From assembly GCF_036321535.1 (NCBI RefSeq), contig NC_087444.1:14384001-14448000 (forward strand): a DNA stretch of 64,000 bases, written 5' to 3'. Shown here piece after piece: positions 39,801 to 54,800 of the stretch (within the stretch, counting starts at the first letter, position 1; every line of letters starts with the position of its first letter). Position numbers and translations under genes: made by a program. A model generated the notes under the pieces. That model worked only from the letters and a program-made list of their open reading frames with translations, had not been told where the DNA came from and ran no database searches. The DNA comes from Camelus dromedarius. Taxonomy: Eukaryota.

Positions 39801-42800
39801 TCAAACAACTTTATATATATATAAATGGAGTCTCTGGAAGATGTGGGGGGTGGGAATAGAAAAAAACTGAAGAAATAGTAGCGAAAATTTCCCCAAATTT
39901 AATGAAAAGTATAAACCCAGAGATCCAAGAAGCTCACAGACCCAAACTCAAGAAACACAATGAAATCTACATCAGGACACATCATATTCAAATCGTTTGA
40001 AACTGGTGATAGATAAAAATGTTAAAAGCATCTGGAAGAAAAGATAATATTACATACAGGTGAACAAAAAATCATAGTAGACTTCTCCTCAGAAACAATG
40101 CAAACCAGTATATCAACATCTTTAAAGAACTGGGGGGAAAACTGTAAAGATAGAATTCTTTACCAAGTGAAAATACTTTTTAAAAATGCAGGTTTTAGAA
40201 AAAGAAAGGTTCTGTTCTGAACTTATACATTGCTCCTCAGCATTATATGGTGGATGTTTCTTTTTCACAGTCATAAGACAGGGACTGTGCAGAAGATCTG
40301 AACATCAGTTGACATCCCATTTTCCCATATAAAACCAACCATTCTAGTTTCTAATTATCACAGCTTGAAGGATCTCTTCCTAGGCATTATTCTCACAGCA
40401 CTTATAGATGTCGCTTATACTATAACTACATATTTGGCTACTTTCTCAAATTATGCTAGGAATTCTTCAATGGCAGACACTACGACCTGGTATTACCTGT
40501 CAGGCCTAGCACAAGGTCTTATACATATTAAGTGCTCCACAAACAACTCCATAAAAGTCTATTCACAAACCCCTGCTACTGAAATTGATCTGTGTGTAAG
40601 TCTTCCTTCTACCAAGGTTACTACTATTTCAATAAATAGTGGCTGAATAGGGTTTCCTCCTATGCTCTTACTGCCAACCAAAACACTGTTTAACACTAGT
40701 ACGTGTTTTTGGGTGTTCACACATGTTATCACTTCTCTCCTTCCCATTGTACTTGCTATCAACTCCATTTCTTCTAGGTTGTCCAATTTGTTGGCATATA
40801 ATTTTTCATAGTATTTATTCTCTTACTTTTTTTGCATTTCCATGGTATTGGTTGTAATTTCTCCTCTTTCATTTCTTACTTTATTTATTTAAGTCCTCTC
40901 TCTTTTCCTCTTGGTGAGCTTGGCCAAAGGTTTGTTGATTTTACTCTTTCAAAAAAACCAGCTCTTGGTTTTATTGATTTTTTTCTGTATTTTAATCTCT
41001 ATTTATTTCTTCCCGGATCTTTATTATTTCTTTCCTTCTGCTGACTTTAGGTTCTGTTTGTCTTCTTTTAGATGGTAGGTTAGGTTGCTTATTTGAGATT
41101 TTTCTTGTTCTTTGAGGAAGGCCTGTAAAGCTATGAACTTCCCTCTTAGGACTGCTTTTGCTGCATCCCATAGATTTTGTGTAGTTGTGTTTTCATTGCC
41201 ATTTGTCTCAAGGTGTTTTTTAATTTCTTCTTTGATTTCATCACTGACCCACTGATTTTTTAGTACCATGTTTTGTCTCTATGCAATTGTTTGCCATCAA
41301 CTCCATACAGTTAAAAATTGGTAAAGATTCCCTAAACACATTAAAGTATTTAGAGGAGTAGACTATACAAAAGAGAAATTCAAATATTTGAGTATGAAGA
41401 AATGAAAGTCTGTATACTGAGATTTAAGCAGGGCTTACTGAGGTGGGAACAGACATAAGCAATAGCAAGATGCAGTAGAAGGCAGGCAGTAGTGCAGACA
41501 GAGCAAACAGGAAGATTTATGCAAGTATTTTGAAAAATTTCAGAGGGTAATGTAAATAAAATATATTAATTTCACCAAATAGTAAAGTGCTGAGTATAAA
41601 GTAGATTCTATTAAGCACTTGTTAGATAAGAATTTCAAGGTCAGGTTAAACACAGTTAAAGGAGGGAACAGAAGGAAAATAAAATTAGAGAAAAGGAAAT
41701 GTGTGTGAAAAGAAAAGCACTTCTGCTTCAAATAGCCAAGGAAAGCTGAGATGAGGCCACATGATCACTTACCCAAACAAGGAAGGTTTCCAGCGGTATA
41801 TACAGCTGAACATAATCAAAAAGTAAGTCATGGTTCAATTGTTCTAATCAAGGCAAAGTAAGATGAATAAAAGAAATAAGAGCAGAGGACAAAGCTTTGT
41901 GGATAGAAAGAACTGAAAGGCAGAATAAGCCCTTTAGGAAGGGAAAACCCCAACCCCCCAATACAATATTTCCAATGAATACCCTACAATATTAAAATAC
42001 TAAACATATCAAAACATTTACGAGTTGAGGAATCCAGCCAACAGAAGGTAGAGTGTCTACCTCAAGCACTGTTACAAAAAAGATGTTAGGTGTTAGCTGT
42101 ATACATGACAACTGAAATGGAGAAGGTGGGGGAGAGATGAAGCCTATTTTATTTGTGGTAAACAATAGTTGTGTTGCTCCAATGTAGTATGCCTAAGAGG
42201 CAGATTACTTAGCACAAAGAGAACATGATCTGGTCACTACATACTGCTAAGCGGTCAGCCAAATGTAGGATCTAGAAGCAGGCCAGAATTAAGGGAACCA
42301 CGTAAATATGCTATTTGTGTGATCAGTATTCCCAAACCAGCATCCAGAGGGGCCACAGAGTAAGTACAGTAATTCAGATGACTTAATCACACCATATGGA
42401 AGGAAGCTCAGAAACCAAGAAGCTTAAGGCTAGCTATGTAAAGTGTCAGCTTGAGTCTATCAGGAGCAGATGAGCATGAAACCTGCCACTTCTAGTGAGA
42501 GATTTATTAATCCCATAGCACAGTTAATGGCACAGGAATATCTGAGACAGATCAGTGGAACAAAACAAAGTCCAAGACTGGACGAGGTTTCTTTTAGGGT
42601 ATGATAAAGCTAGCATTTCAAATCAGTGGTAAAAAAGTGTTGGAAAACCCAGCTATTTGGAAAAAATTAAAAGCTGGATTCCTAACTCCCTTCTTACCCC
42701 TCACTCCTATATAGATTCCACATAGAGCAAAGATTTAAATACAAAAAGTTAAGTCATAAAAATCCTAGAAGTATGAGTGACTATCTTTATAATCTTAGAA

Positions 42801-45800
42801 TGAGAGGACCATTACAAAAAATGACACAAAACCCAGAAAACTTAATACAATACAGGCATTACTCTGACTATAAAAAAATTTTTTTAATGGCAAAATACAA
42901 ACAGAAAGTTGAAAAAAACTGGAAAAAATTATCTGCAACATAACAAAGGGTTAATATAGAAAGTTTTCAAATCATTAAGAAAAAGGGAAAGACCTCAGAA
43001 GGAAATAGGCAAAGGACACAAATAAGCAATTCACAAGAGGACATACAAATGACCGATAACATTTGAAAAGCTATTCAATCTCACTAGTAAAAGAAAATCA
43101 AAGAAACACAGTGTGATAACATTTTCCACTTTTTGGAAAACTTGACAAAGTATATCCAGGGAGGGGTGGAGACCAGAGCACCTGTGTGCACTGTGGGCGG
43201 CGGGAGTATATAAACCACAGGTAACTTTTCTGCTATTTGGTGACGTGAATCAGAACTGAAAATGTCCGTATCGCGTAACCCAAGCAACCCCACTCAGGAA
43301 TTTATTAGCAGGAGATAATTACACAGCTTTACAAAAGACGTTATACACCTGGATGTTTATGGCAGTTAACAACTATTAAGCACTTCCTGCAGGCCATCTA
43401 CTGTGCTAAACGTCTTACACACATTATCATTTAATCCATATAACAACCCCCTATTACTATAGCTGTGTATTCTAAATGAAGAATTGAAGCTTTGTTAAAG
43501 TTACATTATGCAATAAAACAATACAGCAGGTGCTACCGAAAAAAATGTTACAGGTATTTACGGACACTGAAGGATATTCATAACATGTTGAGTAAAAAGC
43601 AGGTTTACAGAATGGCATGTAACATTGTGTGTGTATTTATGATTAAAAACATATCTGGAAGGATGTTCTTCCAAATATTAACAGCAACAGTCTCTAAAGT
43701 GGTAGAATTTATCATGATGTTTCTTCTCTACAGTTTTTCTAGATCAACTGAATTACTCCCACCCTGTCCACCTGTTGAACAGTGAGTTCTAGTGTCCCAC
43801 GTGGCACTGATAGCCATTTACTGTCCCAGTAGAGGAGCTCTGGGCAGGAGGGAGTCATTGGCTGGCATTTACAACCAAATTGGTTTGCAGGGACTCATTA
43901 TGTTAGAAAGTAGGTGACAGCTTGTACAACCCTCTCTGAAATACATCCACCTTGACAGCTGATGATGCAAGGCTCATCCACACATTTATTGCCCACCACT
44001 TTAAAGCCCGAGGTCCACACATTTTAGAGACCATGAATTAACACAAATGTCCATTTCTGTGGTCATATGGCTAAACCCCAGCTCCATCTGGAAAAACAGA
44101 AAGGCCACAAAACACAACCTTCTTCATGGAAATAACTCTGTCTTCACATCTAATTAAACTAGAAGCCTAATTAAATTACTATTACTATAGCTGGGGGAAC
44201 TTAAAGTTGGTCCCGAGAGTCACAGAAGCTTGGAAAAGACTTGGTAATGAGAAACTTCTGCCTATCTGATCAAAAGTAGAACGCTGAAAGAACTAACATG
44301 GGCAAAAGCGAGTGTGGGTCAACTTCACACGACGGCGCCCAGTTTAAAAGCCACCTGCAGATAACCCAACCATCTTGCCATCAGGAACAACCTCTCCGGC
44401 AAGTAAACAGGGAGTGAATTCAATGATGTCATCCTTCACACACATTCCTTTCTTCAACAAACACATGTGCATGCCCGCCATGTGCCGGACCCTGCTGGGG
44501 CACTGGGAAACAGCAGTGCCAACACATGCTCTGTGCTCATGGAGCTTATGCTCTATGAACACACCTCTTACAGAAGTCTAAAAATGAAGACTGAACACAC
44601 TGGATATTTAACCTATAGAAGAGAGCAGGTCATTGTGAAAATAAAACTACGAAAGGGTGTTAAAGTCTGGTCTGGTAACTAACTGGCTGGGAAAGTAGGC
44701 ACAAATCATTTTCTCTTGGGAATCTATTTCCTCAGGAGTAAAACTGAATTATGCTCCTTCACTCACCGGAATAATAAGAATCAAATGAAATAACATACAA
44801 AGGCAAGCACTGTAAGCCCATAAAGCCTGGGCATTTAAGATGCCCTGGGCTTCCAAACCTCAACTAGGGAACACAAGGAGAGACAGGACACAGTGACGTA
44901 CAAAAGAGGTCTGGAACACAGTCTGGGTGAAGCTCTTACAGGCAGAAAGAAAATCTTCAGGGAATACAGTCCTGGTAAATAAAGCACTGCTAGGATCATA
45001 GAACGTGAGCCAAAAATAAGATCAGAAATGTTCCAGTTCTCACGGAGACTATTCTTAGAAATAAAAAGGCTAAACATTAAAATATTATACAAGTTTGCAA
45101 ACCTATTCTATTACTCAAGAGTTTTCTGTGGGGCAGGATGATACAGAGGAAAGCACTAGGCTAATACTAAGTCAACTTGAATTTCATTTCCGGCTCTGTC
45201 AATAGCCCCGTGAACTTGAGTAGCGCAACCTAACTTCACGACCAAGGCAAGGAAGCTGGAACGACAACATTTCTAGTTCCCAGAAGCTTTAAAATTCTGT
45301 GACTCATCAATAATTTCACCAGTTTGCTTTTCCACTGCTCTGTCTTCATTTGGGGGGAAAAAAATCAGCTCCCTGCTCTACAATACTCTAGTGTTAAAAG
45401 GAGAGGGTAACATCAACCTCAATTATCTAGAAACCTTAACAACCTGGACACTCGCTGAAAGGAAGCAAGGGAGAGGCCTCTGATGCACTGTCCAGGCAAT
45501 AAAAATCTACGCATTAGACTACTAAGAGAAACGTGCAGGCCATCACTCTGAATCAGTTTGCTAAACTTGTTAGAACCGCCTAAAATTAGTAATCTGTTTT
45601 CTTAACTTACAGAAGAAGTAAAATTTGGGGGATAGTATATCCAGAGACAGGGACAGCAGCAAGAAGGAACAGGATACTGCAAGCGGACTATCATTTCTAC
45701 AGGAAACAAAGAGTAAACTTCAGCAAGCAGACAATGGCACTAGGCTTATAAATCTGGGCCAGGTGAAATTCGAGATAATAGCCACACATCTCAACAGCCC

Positions 45801-48800
45801 TTGAGGGTATTAAGGCCATCCACGTTAAAGTAATGTGAGTCATGGTATAGCATAACATAATATCTTCTAAATGATTCAGTGTCATACTACTAAGATGGCA
45901 GAGAAACATTTTAGAAAGATGTCCATTGGAAAAACAGCACCTTGGGCACTTAAAAGGGTAGGCTTAATTTTTGAAAAATTCACTTTCATGGGATAATTCA
46001 CTTGTAATTATGTCTAATAAGTGAGTTAAATTCCAAAACTGTTAGCACTTAATTTTTACATCTTAGCTTCAAGGGGAAAAAATAAAAAAGTAAAAGGGAA
46101 AAAGGAAAGCAAAAAAAAAGTAACGAAAAGATATGTGCAATTGCCAGCTGACTGGACCATAAAGGCTCGCCGCTCATCCCCTGGGTGTGGGGACTAGCCC
46201 CTCACTCTCTCCGCTACAATTGCACTGGCCTTCCAGACCTTTGGGTGCACCAAGCTCATTCTAGCCCCAGGCCTTTGAATATGCTGTTTTCTCTGCCTGG
46301 GATACTCTTACTGGAAAAATTCTATTCATCTTCATGTTCCAGTTGAAATAATTTCTCAAGAAGTCCCTCCTAGTGCCCCAGACCAAAAGGACATCTGTCA
46401 ATTATTCTCCAATAATTGCTTTTTCCTACTTACCATATTTATAATTACATATTTGCTAATGTGCATTTTCTTTACTGGTCCATAAAGGCGGGGATCTTAT
46501 CTGCCGTGTTCCATCTCAGTTCCCAGGGCCCAGTACAATGACTAACACATGGTAGGTGCTCAGTAAACAACTGTTGCACCTGAAACTGACACAACACTGT
46601 AAATCAACTATACTTCAATAAAAATTTGTTTTAAATAAACAACTACTGAATTAAAGAATAATAATAATAGTATTGACCTTTCCTGAGCACTCATGATAAT
46701 ATAAAGGACCAGTGCTACTTTATAGATGAAGAAGGAGGGTCCGAAGAAGGAGGGTTAAATTATTTGCCTGAAGTTACACAGCTGGTAAGTGGCAGAGCAA
46801 GGATTCAAACTCATGTCTGTCTGACTCCTCCAGCACTGTGTGAGGCAAAAGCAGTGAAGGACTTGTAGTACAAGCACGGCCCCTACCTTTGAGGAGTTTA
46901 TACTCTGGAAAATAACAGTTGAATAAATGAATGTGAATACAAAACAATACCATAGTAAAGTGCTGGGTTACACGGTGTAGTTAAATGTTGTAGGAGAGGA
47001 AAAAAAAAACAAGCAGAACTAGAAAGGTACTCAGACAGGAGGAATGCCATGAGAACAAAGAAGGAGAAGCAACAGAGCACATGGCAAGCTAAAGGGACTG
47101 GTGAGAAAGCAACTTCAACTAGAATAGAGAGTTAACACAGGCCAGGAAGTGGTGAAATATTAAAGAGATATGCACACAATAAAAAATAATTCCATTGGCA
47201 TTCTGGTCTGCCATGCTTCCAAGCTAAATTCTTGAGGAGTACCTATCACATCTCACTAATATTTCCTAAAACTTCACAGAGGTCCATAGAGCACAAAACT
47301 ATTGGTGGCTGCTCAGTTAATGAATGAGGGTGAAACAGGCAAAGTGCTATTTTAAAGCTGTCAACTTAAAACCACAGAAGGGAAATATTTATTGAATTAT
47401 AAGTAGTCTTTTTTAATAATCGGTAAGTTCTTTAACACTGTAAGTAAATAACTATATACACCTGCAGCTATTATAACCAGATGACCAGGATCTGACAATG
47501 GTGGGATTATTATTTTCTCCTCATCTCCCATAGCTTCAAGAAAGACACTTTGGACAGATGGTCTCTCCCTCACCTTACCCAACTTTTTTTTCAACTCTAA
47601 GTCCAAGGACATAAGTAGTATATATTTCTTAATCCAGATCTGGTTCCTGTGAGTACCCATACTAATTCTCTAGGAATATTACAGCTATGGGGAAAAAAAA
47701 ACCCTTAAATGCATACACAAATATTTGAGCATCTAACTAGTAATGCACCAGAAACCTTGTGATAATCATTTTAAGATACCCTCAATAAAGAATGAATACA
47801 CACCAAATCCTACACTGCCTCATTTAATCTTCATAAGGACCCTAAGAGGTAAGTATTAGTATACCCATTTTATAGAGGAAAAAACTAAGGTTCACTGAAA
47901 TCCATCTGTCCCTGGTCACCAGTGAAGTATGAATCCAGGTCTGACCTGAGATCATGTTCCTTCCTAACCACCGCCTAAAAGAACTCCAATTAATATCACT
48001 TGCTAGTATCACTCATATTAACAAGTTAAATTTTTGATGTAATCATGAAGGTTAAAAAAAGAACACATATGCTTCTTACATTTCTGCCAATCTTGACTCA
48101 CTCTCATTCTTGCCACCCTCGCCCAAGCCTGTCACCCAACCCTGCCAAGTAATAAAATCAAATACATTTATGCCTCATCTGTCTCCTTTTATGCACACGC
48201 TCCTCTGGAGTTGGTATTTATCAGGATCATTTGGCTGACAACTGGGCTCTCCGGATGCAGTAACAGATCAACAAGCTTATCAAGAAATGACATAAATCCT
48301 ACGTATTTAGTACTTCAAGTTTTTCAAAACGTTTTCTCTTCAAAGCCTCATGATAATGCTCCATTTTACATGAGGGTGAACTGAGGTTTTAGAAAGGCTA
48401 ACTGAGCTCTGTTGAGGGAACTATGACCTTAAAGAACAGACAGGAATTCACAATTGTGTGACTTACAACTAGGGTCTATAACCACGCCTTATCCCTAAAG
48501 CAAATGCACTGACTTAAAACATCTCTATGAAATACTTCCAAATGTAGCACCATGTTGGGACATATGTCCCAGCTCTTGGCACATAAACAAGACATTTAGC
48601 CTCCTAGGTAAGAGATCTGACCAGCTAATCAGCCTAACAATTTATAATTCAAACTGTTAAGCACATTATCAGCAAGAGTTCAATCTTATCCTTGTTCACA
48701 AATGTTCAGAAAATCTGTTCATGGGCTTCACTGTCTTAGAGCTCCTGGGTTTCTCATGCCTTGGCTCACATTCCCTTCAATAAGGTCCTGGAGTCTTGGA

Positions 48801-51800
48801 ATGTTCCTTAGAACCTTGAGCACTTCAAGTATAAAAGACAGTCTGTCCTGCCCTCTGTTCTGCTCTCCTATTGGACATACTCTTCCAAGACCACAGTAAT
48901 GCTCAACCTCTAAAAGGGTAACTCTTCTTGACTCCCCATTTTCAGCTCTGGTTTATCCAGCTCTAGCCTCATGTCTACCACTACCTGTTAAAACATTTTC
49001 CCTAGTAAACCCAAGGGAGGGTATGGCTCAGTGGTAGAGTGCGTGCTTAGCATGCATGAGGTCCTGGGTTCAATTCCCAGTACCTCCATTAAAAAAATAT
49101 AATAATAAGCCTGATTACCTCTTCCTCCTCTCAATGAAATTTTTTTTAAGAATTAAAAAACAAACAAACAAACAAACAAAACACTTTCTCTAGTAAATCC
49201 TAACACCACATTCCCTACCCATATCCCCCTTCTCTTTCCAGCTTCCTCAGAGGGCTATCTTTTTTGACTCTTCAATATGTTTTCCTGGAAACCTTAGTCA
49301 TACCTCATGAACTACTTTTTCCCAACATAAACTCTCCATTGACCATTCCCTGAGCATGTCTTGGACTTTCCTACCTTTTCTGCCTTTACAGATCCTCCTA
49401 GGAATTCCCTCCACACCTTGATTCTCTCTTCATCCGTGAGACCTTCCCAGACCACCGCACTGCAGTGTTCATGCATTCTTCAAAAGCTCTCCCAAACTCT
49501 TGGCAACAAAATCCATTTTAAAATGACACCAATTTGGATGTTTTTAATGTTCCACTTTCCTTACACAGAGGCCTGAACCCCAAACGTGTTAAAGTGAATG
49601 ATATCTATACAATACTTTACATTTAACAATACATTTTGATAGAACTTCTCATTTGCTCCTCCAAATAATCCTAAAGTTGATTCTCTAGTTAAAACAAACA
49701 AGCTATAAAGGTCAGAGAAGTTTAGTGTTTGTCCACGATCACACCAACATAACTATGAAGCAGCAGAGCCAAGACTCAAAGCTGGGTATTAAGACATTTC
49801 TTTTGAATTTTGTATACAACATAGTTATGATTTGAATCCCTCTGACAAAGAGCAGGTACCAGATAAACATCTGATATGAACTATCTTGTCTAGGAAGTAG
49901 TAGTTAATTAAAAAGGTCCTTCTCAGTTCAATTTTTCTTGGTCCTTCAGGGTGATCTTATTGTTGAACGAGATTTGCAAACTGGCTCAACTACAATATTA
50001 GAACTTAGTTTTTTAGAACACACAGGAAGAAAAGAATAAAACTCTTAACAAAAGCAAATATAAGAGAGGTACTACTCATAAGCCGTAGCAGGAAAAAAAA
50101 CACATTTTCTTCTAATGAAAATAAATCAAGCCAATTAATCATACCTAAGTTTCTAACTAGCACAGGACTGAGTATATTAACAGTAAGCCAAGCATATATT
50201 TTCAAACACATAGGCAGCCAGGACGAAAAAGAAAAGCCCTGATTTTGGCAGAGTACTATAGGGAAGGAAAAAAAATTTACTGCTAGCTATCTAGCAAATT
50301 TGGTTTGCTGTTGGACTATCCAAGCTAGTAGCTTTGAGTAGCGTTAGATTTTTTTCAGTCAACAAGGAACAATAAAGTATTTCCCAAAAAATAAGAGTCA
50401 AATGTCTTTCATAATTATATGGAAAAAAAAAGTACTCCTGTTATCTTTAAGAACACTCGTATTTCACTGAAGCAAGCTCTGGAGGTGGTAACAAATTACC
50501 CCCAGATGTGAAATTCAGGCTACGTTCAAGTTCAACTGGGAAGCAGAACAGCCACAATTTGCTTCTAAATTTGGAATCAACCAATAAACATTTGTGATCA
50601 CAACCTCTGGCCTCTTCTTACATATGAATCACAAAATTTTTAAAGACATTTTAAATCTAGTCCAAAACTTCTCATGTTGTAGATGAGGAGTTGAGGGCCA
50701 GATACTGAAATGCAAAACAGAAAATAAATTACATTCACAGAAAACTTTCTTAGCAAAACACCACAGGCTCTGAATCAAAGATTTTGTTTTCTCTGTGGTT
50801 TCCTGAGACTTGGGTTGAGGATAGAGCAGGAAAAATAGCCTCAATCTTAAAAAAAAAACAAACAAAAAAAACCCCCACATGCTCAGCATTCAACTAACAA
50901 CCTCTAAATGGATGGAGGTCTTTCATGAAGGTTCATTCAACCCAGCTAGCTCAAAGCCACATTTTACTAACCCAACTTTGTAGTCACCATTACAGTGACA
51001 GTAAAAAGCCTGCCCAGAACTGACTGAAACTGACCATCTTGTTCCTCAAGCCCCATTACTCCTCAAAACCACCTACGTACGGAACAGTGAGGCCACATAC
51101 ACAGTGGGAAGAATAAGTTTTCACCAAGTGTTTAAAAAGAGAAGTAAAAGATGCAATAGAAACATTGGTTACAAAAAGAAAGATAACTAAATTTTTTTTC
51201 AGAAATTTACAAATGCAGTGTCTGTTTTACAGTATTTTGGGAGCCACTGCCACACAGCCTCTTGCCGGAAAAGCTGTAATTTTAATTGCATATCAAATTT
51301 GATAGTCTTGTCTACTTTAATATTAGCTTCTAATTGTATAAAACATCAGAGCATCATTTCTCCAGTCTCAAAGCACAGTTCACTCTCTGCAAAGACAGAA
51401 CTTGAGTGGTAGGGGTGATTAGGAATGGAGGAAGAAAATGAAATGTGACTCTCCTATCGGACCACTACAACCTGGTGTTAAGCACTGCCCTTCCTATGAG
51501 GATCACACAAGGGTAACAGGCCCACTAGAACAAAGCTGGGAGGCACAGTCTCAGCAGTCACCTACTGAGAACGTAACGCTTACCGGCAAGAGCTGACTGG
51601 AAATCGGCACAGTGCAAAAGAGGTTGTTAACAGCTTCTTCGAACCTGACGTGAAACATCAGATTAAAATAGCAGGATGAAGAGCCTATTATTGTTATCGT
51701 TACAAAAAGAAAATAGCCATTAGACACCGACCAGAACATAAGCCTGCTTCCAATTATTTTCACAAACAGATAGGAGATTCACCATACTGATTTTTAATTT

Positions 51801-54800
51801 TCTAATTAAAAATCACTATGTGCAGAGCAAAAATATTTGAGTCAGCAGAGAACCTACCTAACTGTTACACTGCATTCCCTTTGAGCCATTTGTCCTGCTG
51901 GCTAGCTCTCTACCCTCGTCCAACCAAACCTCAGATGAAGATTAACCTTCCCCCAGATAAATACACTTCATCAACTCTGCCAATCCTCCTAACCGAAATC
52001 CCCAACGCAGAAGTCATTTAACATCCCAAAGGGTTAAAGGCCTGACGCACACCGCATGGGTGTGGAATCCTCGGGAGGACTGTGCTCACTCTGCTCAACC
52101 AGGACAGGAGGGAGATCCTACAGAACTCCTATTTCTTGATCCCAAAATAAACAGATGAAACAGGACTCAAGAGAAGAGTAACTAGGGGGTGAGGGTGGGA
52201 GTGCTGGGGAAGGTAGGATGAAGAGGGGCTGGGTACTGAAATAAATAAGGCAGTTAGAAAGTTCCGGGGCAGTTAAAGGCACTGACCTTCAGATTTCCGG
52301 GTGTGACAAAGATCCACAAGAGACTAAGTGCGGCAGCTCCCTGAAGCCTCCAACAGGCACATTCAGTCCTGTGGCCTGGACTCAGCTCTGCCAGCACCAG
52401 CAAACACACACACACATTCTTCTCAGAGCTGACGCCCCGCACAACACGGCCTCATTCAGGGCCTGTTTATTTAAGAAACCAGATGCTTTGATGTTGAGGT
52501 AGAAGTTGGGAAGTTACGTGTAAAGGAGTTAATGACAGACAGGAGGAGAACAGAGAGTGAACAACAACAGCTCCTGGCTTTATTAATCATAAGTTTGAAA
52601 AGCTTTAAGGTAACTGTCAAAAGTTCTGAGTTCAGAAACGAGAAGTAAGGAAATTATGTCAGCCACCACCATAACTCTGGCCAAGGCAGTTCATCTGTTT
52701 CTTTAAGACAGAGTTTCATGCCTAACCTCAAAGGGGTGCTTATAGGAGGAATGTTTTGAAGCAATCCAACTTAGCAACCAACATTAAAAAAATCTTCTAG
52801 GCTTGCTCAACTTCTCTCATGCACAAAGGTCATAAATGTCATGAATACTCCAAACACTTGAAGGAAAGGATCAGTTAAAAGCATGGCATGAAAACAGTCT
52901 GGGGTTAAAGGCAAAAGGAAGGTTATTTATTGAGTCTAAGAAAAAAGCATTTATAAATACACACACGCACTAGTTGGATTTCATGAGTGAAGAAGCCTGA
53001 GTTATAGGTCATTAGGGCACAGGTCTCCTAAAACCAGAAGAATAGAACAGTACTATCATGCTTTAGTTCCCCTTTGCTTTCCTAAGAAGATTAGTTAAGT
53101 GCCAACATACTCTCACAAGCAAAATAAGCCACAGAAACAGGTCTAGGAGATTTGCTAAAACCTTCTGAGGCTTTTCATTCTCCAGTCTGACTTATCTCGT
53201 CTTGGAATCTTGGCACTCCCAGCATCTAGCACATCGTGGACATTTGGAGGGTATTCATGTACTCTGGCTACATGAAGTAATATGGCTTCAGATGAACAGC
53301 AAGTTATAGCAAATAAGAGAACCAAGAATTTTTAATTTTTCTTGGGAATTAAATCCTGTCATCTCATGAAAAACTACTCTAAATGGCACCTTCCCAGCTA
53401 TACAAAAGTATGCCATATTTCTGATAAAAAGTTCTGTCATACTGATTCTTTTATTTCACACTGTTTATAGAGGATCCGCCAATACTAGATCTCTTCAACA
53501 GAGCTCAGGATGATTTATCATGACTCCTAGAAATAAAGAATTGAAAAGCAGAACAGACTACTATGGAACAATTCTTGGTAAAGGGGGTGGACAGCTAAGA
53601 ACTGCTTTAGTCAACCATCTCTAAGGTGATGACTATTAACAGTGGCTCCACTTTTACCATTATAGGCTACAAAATAGGATCTCTGAAGAAGCAACCATGA
53701 ATGATTAAGAAATGCAAAAAAAAAAAAAAGCTCTTTTCTATTAGGTCACTGAAAGGAGACTAAAAAAGTAAGTTTAAAAGAAATCACTGGAAACTGCAGC
53801 TAAATAAAATGAAAGAAAAAGAGGAAGGTTTTTTTTTTTTTTTTTTACATATAGACTTCAATGAATGAGGTTTCAGATCTGCTCTTCAGTAGATATGGCC
53901 TAAGAATCCCCTGAGGCAGCTTTTTCAACCCCTTGCTTTAGAATCAATATATTACAAGTGACATATCAATTCAAAGCAACTAGGGAAGACTCTGACTAAA
54001 GGAATAAATCCAGGTGTAAGCTCAGAGCCTAAAGGTAGGTCAACCAGCAAGAGAAAAATCTGAAATTAGGAATAAGAATGTTGTGTCTAGCTGGCTCAAG
54101 GAAGGAAGCGGCCCCATTATAAATTAGGCACTGGTGTTGTAAAGCCTTTCTCAACTCCCCACTGTGATATGGAAGTCTACACAATTTTTTTTTCTCATCA
54201 AACAGGAAGACTTCCCAGTACTCATTCTACCCTATCTGCACCCAACCTGTCCCACACATCGGCACTAGCTTGGACACCTTTACACAGCTGCTGCTTGGAC
54301 TGCATTAAGCAAGAGTTATCCCTGACTGCTTGTGCTTTGACTGCAATTGTCCTGGGTCCCCATATCAGAGAATTCTGCACAGGTAACAAGTATAGTTTAG
54401 GCAGAGGGAGAAGGACAGTCCAAAGGGAGACAGATTTGGTTTCTACATAATATAGTTCTACAACGACAAGAACAGTTAGCCACTCACCTCTGTCCCCATG
54501 TGCAACTCTCTTTGAAAGAGGAAGGTGTATAAGAGAAAAAATATATTAAATTTGAAAATACATTGTGCAAATATAGGTAGCAACTATCAAATCGTTAGTT
54601 CTAGAAAATACATGGGGAAGATGCCCAAGTTGCACTGGAGCAAGGAGCGGGGCCATTCCTAACAACTGGCTTTGTCAACCCAATAGTGTGCAAAGGTTGA
54701 GGTGCTTGTCCCCAGAGACCGAACTGCCACAATTTTTAAAGTTTTCGACTAGGACCTAGCTCAAAGCAGAATAACTGCAATGTGTTTCTTAACTGCTGGA

